The notes beneath the pieces are model-generated. The model made no database searches, was not told where the DNA came from, and saw only the letters and a program-made list of their open reading frames with translations. A DNA stretch of 64,000 nt from Chitinophagales bacterium (GTDB lineage Bacteria; Bacteroidota; Bacteroidia; Chitinophagales; LD1): the NCBI GenBank assembly GCA_046329555.1, contig JAXLUK010000001.1, positions 22,855 to 86,854 of the forward strand, read 5' to 3'. Each line of letters starts with the position of its first letter. Positions within the stretch are counted from its first letter, which is position 1. The translations under genes were made by a program, and so were the position numbers. Shown here in pieces: positions 48,814 to 56,086 of the stretch.

Positions 48814-49782
48814 ATGATTCTGCTACGCTGCTACGCCCGCATCCCGGATGTGTTTTATCACTTTACCAATGGCGCTATCGATATTCGCTTTTTGCCCGTA
48901 TTTAGTTATGGTTTTATGGTGGCCTGCGGCTTTTTGGCAGCCGCTATTGTGGTAACTCGGGAACTCCGCCGGCGTGAAGCGCTGGGCGTAATGCCCTCGT
49001 TAGGCGAGCGCGATGGCCAGTTGCTTTGGGCCTCCGATTTAGTGGGCGATATGGTGATTATATGCGCCATCTTCGGTGTGCTGGGTTCTTGCTTATTCAA
49101 CTATTTGGAAGCGCCGGATTCTTACAAAGATTTTTGGGATCACCCGGTGGAGTCGTTGTTCAGTGGCTTGTCGGTTTATGGTGGCATGATTTGCGCTGGT
49201 TTTGCCTTATTGGCATTTAGTTTTTGGAAGAAAATTAAAGTCCCGCATCTTTTCGACGCCCTGGCGTATTGCTTTATTCTGGCTAATGGTATCGGTAGAT
49301 TAGGGTGCCAACTCTCAGGTGATGGCGATTGGGGTATTGTAAATCTGGCGCCCAAACCCGCTTTCCTGCCGCAGTTTCTTTGGTCAACTCATTATGCGCA
49401 CAACATCGTCAATGAAGGCGTATATATCGCCGGTTGTGTAGAAGAACACTGCATGCAACTGGCCGATCCCGTTTATCCCACACCGATTTACGAGTTTCTG
49501 GAGTGTACCGCCCTGTTCCTGTTGTTACATGTACTGCGTAAATCGCTTACCAATAAGCCGGGGATGCTGTTTTTCATTTTCAGTATCGGCATCGGCATCC
49601 AGCGCTACAGCATTGAACAAATCAGAGCGGTGAGTGATCGCGATTTGTATCCTGTATTAGGCGGCCTGTTTAAGCAAGCTGAGTTGATTTCCATCGCCAT
49701 GGTCATCATTGGCGTGGCCGGTGTAATAGGCCTTCAGTTCTATTACCGCAATCAATTAAAAGTAGGCACTGAAAACGGCTAA
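48814..49782 (+). CDS. lgt: prolipoprotein diacylglyceryl transferase
   Basis: Polytopic, with GRLGCQLSGDGDWG and YPTPIYE motifs. Confidence 0.85.
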   Translation: MILLRCYARIPDVFYHFTNGAIDIRFLPVFSYGFMVACGFLAAAIVVTRELRRREALGVMPSLGERDGQLLWASDLVGDMVIICAIFGVLGSCLFNYLEAPDSYKDFWDHPVESLFSGLSVYGGMICAGFALLAFSFWKKIKVPHLFDALAYCFILANGIGRLGCQLSGDGDWGIVNLAPKPAFLPQFLWSTHYAHNIVNEGVYIAGCVEEHCMQLADPVYPTPIYEFLECTALFLLLHVLRKSLTNKPGMLFFIFSIGIGIQRYSIEQIRAVSDRDLYPVLGGLFKQAELISIAMVIIGVAGVIGLQFYYRNQLKVGTENG

Positions 49783-50173
49783 ATCAATTCGTACCTGCCA
49801 GCCATTCTTCTTCCAAAAATCATGCGCAGGTAGATTGGTTTATTTTACGAAGAAGAGGCACCTCGCGATACCTCCGCTTTAAAGTTGTTGGGTAGCTCGT
49901 TTCAGCAGCTCTTGCACAATACCCGAATTTCTGCAATGACCTGCTTCGGCGAAATGATTAATACCCCACACTCCCCTCTGAACCACACAAAATAATACCA
50001 CTCAGTTTTTTTTAATCGGCCAAGGCCACCCAGCTACAACCCGGGTTTCGGGCAAGAAAACGGGGCAGTGCGTCATCGGCATCGCGTATTGCCGATTCAA
50101 TCTCCTTTATTGCTTCCCAAAGGCTTTGGGTAGCAGGAACATTTGCTGGAGTGAAAGGCTGAAATTCCGGCAG
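49783..50173 (-). pseudogene. decayed GNAT-family N-acetyltransferase remnant
   Basis: There is no ORF of 60 aa or more in 390 bp. The minus strand gives three protein-like fragments in different frames: ...SLWEAIKEIESAIRDADDALPRFLARNPGCSWVALAD*, NHFAEAGHCRNSGIVQELLKRATQQL* and NLPAHDFWKKNGWQV. Their order and pattern match a GNAT fold (acceptor region, R-x-x-G-x-G/A-like motif, N..A..FY.K.GF tail). Confidence 0.4.
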
Positions 50174-51106
50174 CTACGGATAAATTTCCCTGAACCAGGC
50201 TAAAATTTCAGGCAGAATATCATCTACGTTATCGCTCATCAACGCATGCCCCATGCCTTTGAAAAGAACAAACTCTTTTTCACAAGTGAGGCGCTCATAT
50301 AGTTTCTTGGTATAAGCCACCGGGAAAATAGTATCCGCATCGCCCTGAAAAACGAACACGGGCACTTTAACTTCTTCCATCGGAACCGCCATGGGCGTGC
50401 TTCCAAGCGAATGCAGTGCGCGCAGCGAAATCGTTTTTACGGCCAAAGGGTCGGCATCAATAAACTGCCGTATAGAACCGAAATATTTGAGTTTAATGGA
50501 ATCCAAATCGATGTAAGCCGACATAGGAATGGAGGCATTCGGCAAACTATCGGCATTGCCAATGAGTTTACGCATATATTTAAACAAACGCGGATGGCGT
50601 GTTAGTTGCGTGGTGTCCTGACTGGTTAAATCAGCAAAATTCTGACAAACCACCGTATTCAAACGGGTGTCTTTAGCTGCAGTATACAAGGCAACTATCC
50701 CCCCTTGTGAGCTTCCAACCAAAGAAACCTTTTTGCTAAAACGGCGCAACGCAAAATCAATGGCGTGCTTTACATCCCGCATCAATTCTTCCATCGTGTA
50801 ATCGCCGCGAACACCTTCGCTTTGACCGTGGCCTCTTGGATCGAGCCCCACCACATTATAACCAGCCCGGCCCAGCTTGTACATAAACTCTGCATAGCAC
50901 ATGGCGTAAATCGCCGTACCCGGTATGAATACAATGGTAGGCGCCTGTTTCGAATGCTCGTACACATCCAAATGCAGTTTCAACCCATCGGAAGTAACTT
51001 TCTCGCTCTTAAAAAAATGGTGATATGGGGTCTGGCCCAGCGTTTCCGCCATATAATCGAAATAGTCGGAAACATTAAAAAACGTCTTATCCTTTACTGA
51101 AAACAT
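50174..51106 (-). CDS. alpha/beta hydrolase (lysophospholipase / monoacylglycerol lipase-like)
   Basis: HGQSEG, the nucleophile elbow GSSQGG, and a C-terminal GMGHAL. Confidence 0.85.
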   Translation of the reverse strand: MFSVKDKTFFNVSDYFDYMAETLGQTPYHHFFKSEKVTSDGLKLHLDVYEHSKQAPTIVFIPGTAIYAMCYAEFMYKLGRAGYNVVGLDPRGHGQSEGVRGDYTMEELMRDVKHAIDFALRRFSKKVSLVGSSQGGIVALYTAAKDTRLNTVVCQNFADLTSQDTTQLTRHPRLFKYMRKLIGNADSLPNASIPMSAYIDLDSIKLKYFGSIRQFIDADPLAVKTISLRALHSLGSTPMAVPMEEVKVPVFVFQGDADTIFPVAYTKKLYERLTCEKEFVLFKGMGHALMSDNVDDILPEILAWFREIYP

Positions 51107-51122
51107 ACTGCTCCAAAAACAA

Positions 51123-51806
51123 TTAAGCTCCTTGTTGTTCTAACATGCCCTTACCGATGAGATACTGTGCAGCACAATACAACACCATAATCCACACGCC
51201 CGACAAGAAAAGATGATCGTTATAAACAAATTTATTTAAAGCAATCAAGCTATCTGAAAACATAAACAGCAATCCGCCGCCGAAAACCAGGGCGAAACTT
51301 TTATCATTAACCCGCCCGTACCGATTCATAGCAAACACCACCATTACAGCAATAACGGTAGCATACACCGCCACCGGAATTTTCATATCAGCCGGAACGG
51401 GAGGAAATATGACACTAATCAAACCCGCAAAATAGATCAGCAAGGGAATCAGCAACCACCATTTGGCAGGCAATAGGGCTTTCTTATCTGGCCATGCGAC
51501 TCGCGAAAAAGCCACCGCATAGAGCAAATGGGTAATCAGAAAGCCCACTAAACCCAACAGGAAAAAATTAGGATTGCGGTCAACAAACATCAGCGCCACA
51601 TCGCCAACCCAGGAAAAGAAGAAGGCCGCAATCAGCAAACGGATGATGGAAGACAGTGGTTTGGGAGCGGCCATCACCAGCCATACCACTAAAACGGGCA
51701 TTAAAAGGGGTTTAACCAATAGCCGTAAGCTAGTATTCCCCGAAAATTCAGCTACCACCTCAATTGCCGTCACCAAACCATATAACCACGCCAAATAAGC
51801 CACCAT
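51123..51806 (-). CDS. YhhN-family lysoplasmalogenase-like membrane protein
   Basis: Eight predicted TM helices with LVKPLLMP and FMFSD motifs. The start is uncertain: ATG 51806, or GTG 51872 as in the ORF track. Confidence 0.75.
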   Translation of the reverse strand: MVAYLAWLYGLVTAIEVVAEFSGNTSLRLLVKPLLMPVLVVWLVMAAPKPLSSIIRLLIAAFFFSWVGDVALMFVDRNPNFFLLGLVGFLITHLLYAVAFSRVAWPDKKALLPAKWWLLIPLLIYFAGLISVIFPPVPADMKIPVAVYATVIAVMVVFAMNRYGRVNDKSFALVFGGGLLFMFSDSLIALNKFVYNDHLFLSGVWIMVLYCAAQYLIGKGMLEQQGA

Positions 51807-51891
51807 ATTGAGTTGTTGTGTTGTAAAGCAAAACTTTTTTTTGAATCCTTCCAAATATCTTTCACCATTCACTACTTAACATGATTTCACT

Positions 51892-51912
51892 TTATTTTTT
51901 ATTCATATTTGT
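51892..51912 (+). repeat. 21-nt direct repeat copy 1 (TTATTTTTTATTCATATTTGT), promoter-like
   Basis: Exact match to 52064-52084. It contains cATATTTG, a 7/8 match to the Bacteroidota -7 box TAnnTTTG. Confidence 0.85.
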
Positions 51913-52063
51913 TATTTTTATTATTTATGACAAATGGGGTAATTTTAAACGCCATTATGACAATCGGAATTTTTGACTGATAATTAATCTTGTTTAGCTG
52001 AAAAGCGCTTGCCTAGCGGGATATTACCCCGTACTATTGCATCACAAAATCGAACTGTTTACA

Positions 52064-52084
52064 TTATTTTTTATTCATATTTGT
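52064..52084 (+). repeat. 21-nt direct repeat copy 2, about 20 nt upstream of ATG 52104
   Basis: Exact match to 51892-51912 and positioned as a promoter for the phasin-like gene. Confidence 0.85.
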
Positions 52085-52103
52085 ATTTGGCACGATTTAT
52101 GAA

Positions 52104-52538
52104 ATGATTACTTCAAAACAAAAATTAAAAAAAATGGCAGATCAAAACAAATTCCAGGAGACCCTGAAAAGTCTTCTTTACGCCGGCGTAGGTTACGCGG
52201 CTACCACCACTGAGCGGGTACAAAAAAGTGTTGACGACCTGGTAAAAAAAGGTAAGATCAACGAACGCGAAGGCAAGAAAATTGTTGATCACGTAGTACA
52301 CAATGCAGAAGAAAAACGCCAGGAACTGGAAACGCGTCTGAACAAGGCCGTTGAGAAGTATAGCAAGAATGGATTGAACCAAATCCAGACGCTGACTTCA
52401 AAAATCCAGAAACTGGAAGGTGAATTAGCCAAGCGCATTCAGCAAGGTACGGCGAAGCCAGCTGCGAAAGCTAGTGCTCCGGCTAAGAAAGCAGCTCGTA
52501 AGGCTCCAGCTAAAAAAGCAGCCCGCAAAGCAAAATAA
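52104..52538 (+). CDS. phasin-like protein with histone H1-like Lys/Ala/Pro tail
   Basis: The N-terminal part LLYAGVGYAATTTERVQKSVDDLVKKGKINEREGKKIV resembles the phasin/PHA-granule protein fold. The C-terminal tail is AKPAAKASAPAKKAARKAPAKKAARKAK. An alternative start is ATG 52134. Confidence 0.7.
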   Translation: MITSKQKLKKMADQNKFQETLKSLLYAGVGYAATTTERVQKSVDDLVKKGKINEREGKKIVDHVVHNAEEKRQELETRLNKAVEKYSKNGLNQIQTLTSKIQKLEGELAKRIQQGTAKPAAKASAPAKKAARKAPAKKAARKAK

Positions 52539-52564
52539 TCTAAAATCTCGTTTTGGTTTTGAGA

Positions 52565-52592
52565 GCCGTTCCGAAAGGGGCGGCTTTTTTTT
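52565..52592 (+). terminator. rho-independent terminator
   Basis: GCCGTTCC-GAAA-GGGGCGGC (8-bp stem including two G-U pairs, GNRA loop) followed by T8. Confidence 0.75.
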
Positions 52593-52603
52593 ATTTTTCC
52601 CTC

Positions 52604-54292
52604 ATGATTCTGGATCAAACTTTTCGAAACCTGGGTCGCACCCGCGAAATTCTGGGTATTCTGATCAAATATGGATTTGAAGACCTCGTAATTAACAGTA
52701 CGCTGCGCAACCTGGTACCCGAAAGTACCCGCCTGAAATGGGTACGCGAAGAAAAGCCGGTATCCGAATACACGCGCTATGAACGCATCAGAATGGCGGC
52801 CGCTGAGTTGGGCCCCACCTTCGTGAAACTGGCACAAATACTCAGTAACCGCCCGGATATTATTCCGGAGGGATTGGTTAAAGAATTTGAAAAACTACAA
52901 GATCGCGTTCCACCCTTCGCCTTCGAGCAGGTAAAACGCATCATTGAAAAAGAAACAGGTCAGCCACTCCAGGCTATTTTCGCCTCCTTCACTGAAACAC
53001 CGCTGGCCTCGGCCTCAATAGGTCAGGTTCATCGCGCTCAATTGCTGACGGGCGAAGAAGTAGTAGTGAAAATTCAACGCCCGGAAGTGCCTGACCTCAT
53101 CGAAAGAGATCTTCAAATTATTAAGGATGTAGTACAGCGCGCCGACCGGTACCTGAAGAAACAAGGCGTGCTACAGGCTGATGAAGTGGTTCGTGCCTTC
53201 GAACGTTCCATGCAGAAGGAACTTGATTACCGCAACGAAGCGCGCAATCTGGAACGCTTCCGGGCTACGTATCAGCACCGGCCCGACTTCTATATTCCCA
53301 AACCCTACCGTCAGTATTCTACCGATAAAGTGCTGATTATGGAATATGTGGAAGGGTGTAAGATTACCGACGTTGATCAACTGCGCCAATGGGGAATTGA
53401 TCCTAAAGTAATTGTGGAACAGGGGATGGATATCTATCTCACCCAAATTTTTGAATATGGTTATTTCCATGGCGATCCGCACCCGGGCAACGTACTGGTG
53501 AACAAAGAAGGAAAAATCATCTTGCTTGATTTTGGTATGATTGGTCAGTTGATGAAAAAGGATAAGTATGCCTTTGCCGGAATTTTCATCAGCATGTCGC
53601 GAAATGATCCGAAAGAAATGGCTACTAATCTGATGAAGTTAGCGGTTGAACATAACATCACCGATTTACGGCAGTTTGAATACGACCTGAATGATTTGAT
53701 TGAAGATTATGCGCATCTCGACGTTAGTGAGTCCAGCATACAGGATGTTATTCAGCGGCTGCAGAAAATCATGTATGATTATCATATCACCGTGCCAAGT
53801 GGTATTTTCATCATCTTCCGCGCCTTCGCTATTCTGGAAGGCATCGGAAAGAAAATGTACCCGGAGTTCCGCACCTACGATTTCATTCGCCCTTATGGCC
53901 AGCGGCTGCTCACCGATCAGCTCAAACCGGAAAATCTTGCCGACGAAGCAGCCAATCGCTTTAGTACGCTTTACAACTTTTTAAATGCCGTTCCCAACGA
54001 TCTGAAAAATATTATTCAGAAAACAAATAAGGGAAAACTGCATTTCGAAATCGAATTGCAAGGGTATGGATATGCGCTGAAAAAGTGGGATAGTGTAACT
54101 AATCGCATGGCCATCACCTATGTGATTTGCGCCCTGATTATCGGTTCCTCTATTGCCTTACTGGCCCCCTACCCTGAAGAAATGCAATTCTACTACGGCA
54201 TTAATAAATGGAGCTTTTTTGGCTACCTGATTGCAGGCGCCATGTTTATGGTGTTGTCTTATACCATTATCAGAAGACGCGTGTATAAGTAA
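52604..54292 (+). CDS. ubiB: ABC1/UbiB family atypical kinase
   Basis: ASASIGQVHRA, VVKIQRP and HGDPHPGNVLV, with two C-terminal TM helices. ATG 52604 lies after the terminator. Confidence 0.88.
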   Translation: MILDQTFRNLGRTREILGILIKYGFEDLVINSTLRNLVPESTRLKWVREEKPVSEYTRYERIRMAAAELGPTFVKLAQILSNRPDIIPEGLVKEFEKLQDRVPPFAFEQVKRIIEKETGQPLQAIFASFTETPLASASIGQVHRAQLLTGEEVVVKIQRPEVPDLIERDLQIIKDVVQRADRYLKKQGVLQADEVVRAFERSMQKELDYRNEARNLERFRATYQHRPDFYIPKPYRQYSTDKVLIMEYVEGCKITDVDQLRQWGIDPKVIVEQGMDIYLTQIFEYGYFHGDPHPGNVLVNKEGKIILLDFGMIGQLMKKDKYAFAGIFISMSRNDPKEMATNLMKLAVEHNITDLRQFEYDLNDLIEDYAHLDVSESSIQDVIQRLQKIMYDYHITVPSGIFIIFRAFAILEGIGKKMYPEFRTYDFIRPYGQRLLTDQLKPENLADEAANRFSTLYNFLNAVPNDLKNIIQKTNKGKLHFEIELQGYGYALKKWDSVTNRMAITYVICALIIGSSIALLAPYPEEMQFYYGINKWSFFGYLIAGAMFMVLSYTIIRRRVYK

Positions 54293-54738
54293 TGAATCTC
54301 ATTGTAAAACACTTCAGCGAGCTAACCTTGCTTGAATTGTACGCCGCAATGCGACTGCGTCAGGAAGTGTTTGCGGTAGAACAACAATGCGCCTACCTGG
54401 ATGCCGATGGCAAAGACCTTCTGGCCTACCACGTTTTGTTGTACGATCATCAACAGCATTTGGTAGCCTGCAGCCGCTTACTTCCTGAAAACGTATCCTA
54501 TGATGGCTATGTATCAATTGGCCGTGTGATGAGCGCAGCCACGCATCGTAGGTTAGGTTTGGGCAGAAAAATTATGGATATCTCTATCGCCAAGGTGCAG
54601 GAGTTGTGGCCCGGAAAGCCCATTAAGATCGGCGCACAGGAATACCTGGAAGCCTTTTATGGTAGCTATGGGTTTGTAAAAACCGGTGAGCCTTATCTGG
54701 AAGATGGCATACGGCATATTATCATGGTGCTTTCCTAA
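54292..54738 (+). CDS. elaA: GNAT family N-acetyltransferase, ElaA-like
   Basis: LYAAMRLRQEVFAVEQQCAYLDADGKD and RRLGLGRKIM motifs. The start overlaps the ubiB stop. Confidence 0.85.
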   Translation: MNLIVKHFSELTLLELYAAMRLRQEVFAVEQQCAYLDADGKDLLAYHVLLYDHQQHLVACSRLLPENVSYDGYVSIGRVMSAATHRRLGLGRKIMDISIAKVQELWPGKPIKIGAQEYLEAFYGSYGFVKTGEPYLEDGIRHIIMVLS

Positions 54739-56086
54739 GCGCGTCCAATAATCCTGCCATTTTACCTGTCAAAGCCTCCCGCGTATACGCTGTGATATCG
54801 GCACGGGAATTACCCAAGGGCGAACCGGATTCAAATTGACGATAGGAATCAACCAAATATTGCTCGATTCCGGAATTATCATCAGTCTCCAAAAAAGCCC
54901 CGCACTGCGTTTCCTCTACAATGCCCTTTACTTCGAAATTGGATACACTGCTTCCTATTGCTAATACCGGGCGTCCCGACCCCAGATATTCAAAAAACTT
55001 GCCCGTAAGCACGGGCGTTTTTATTTCCAGCGCCAGTAACAATATACCTGCGCGCTGCTGAATAGCCGTTACCTCTTGATGAGAAACATATCCATGTAAC
55101 GTTACCTTATCGGCAAAATTATACCTGGCTATTTCCTCCATCACGCCCCCTTCTACCTTTCCATAAAAGTGAATTTCCAGGCGCTTCAACCCGCCCTTTT
55201 CCCGTTGTCTATGAATGGCCTGCCATAATCCTTGAAGCTGATAAATGCTGAGCAATGAACCCGTGTGCACCAGCGTAAATGCATCGGTTCTTGATGCTGG
55301 TGCCATTTCTTTAAAGTCACTGCGATCGAAACCATTAGTCACCACAGCAGCCCTGATATCGTGATCGGCTTGAAAATCATGTTGCATGCCCCTACCTACC
55401 ACCACTACCTGATCAGCCGCATGCAACACAGCCTTTTCCAAACGCTCATGTTGCTTTTTCGCCCACGCGGTGAGCGTCAAATCATCAAAATAGTAAATTT
55501 TCGTCCAGGGATCGCGGAAGTCGGCCAGCCAAGGCAGTCCCAATGCTTCCTTTAGCCTCAACCCAATCAGATGCGCGCTATGCGGCGGTCCGGTAGTTAC
55601 CAGCGCATCTACGGGATGCTCAGCCAAATACTCTTTTAAAAACGTCGTGGCCGGCCTGATCCAAAACATCCGCGCATCAGGAATAAAAACATTGCTGCGA
55701 ATCCATAAGGCCAAACGCTCTTTCCAATTGCCTTTCCGCGCTGCTGCCATCACCCCTAATTGCACGCGCTTGTCAGCATCTTTTCCGGTAAACCGTTTAT
55801 ACCAGGTGAACGGTTCGAAAATAGGCTGACGGATAACTTCAATATCTTCGGGAACCTCCTTTATCAATGAATCGTCAAGCACCGGATATTCTCCGTTTTC
55901 TACAGTGAAAATCACTGGTTCCCAACCGTACTGCCGCAGGTACTTGGCAAACTTCACCCAGCGCTGCACGCCGCTTCCGCCAGAAGGCGGCCAATAATAG
56001 GTTATGATTAGTACGCGCTTGATAGTTGTAGCTTTATTCCGTTGTTTTACGCTGCTGACGAACCATTGTAAACAACGCCAATCCAA
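54722..56086 (-). CDS. family 4 (GT-B) glycosyltransferase
   Basis: The N-terminal ITYYWPPSGGSGVQRW is typical of Bacteroidota GT4 enzymes, with a GT-B C-terminal half. The start is uncertain because the ORF overlaps the upstream YfhO gene by 53 nt. Confidence 0.8.
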   Translation of the reverse strand: MDWRCLQWFVSSVKQRNKATTIKRVLIITYYWPPSGGSGVQRWVKFAKYLRQYGWEPVIFTVENGEYPVLDDSLIKEVPEDIEVIRQPIFEPFTWYKRFTGKDADKRVQLGVMAAARKGNWKERLALWIRSNVFIPDARMFWIRPATTFLKEYLAEHPVDALVTTGPPHSAHLIGLRLKEALGLPWLADFRDPWTKIYYFDDLTLTAWAKKQHERLEKAVLHAADQVVVVGRGMQHDFQADHDIRAAVVTNGFDRSDFKEMAPASRTDAFTLVHTGSLLSIYQLQGLWQAIHRQREKGGLKRLEIHFYGKVEGGVMEEIARYNFADKVTLHGYVSHQEVTAIQQRAGILLLALEIKTPVLTGKFFEYLGSGRPVLAIGSSVSNFEVKGIVEETQCGAFLETDDNSGIEQYLVDSYRQFESGSPLGNSRADITAYTREALTGKMAGLLDALRKAP

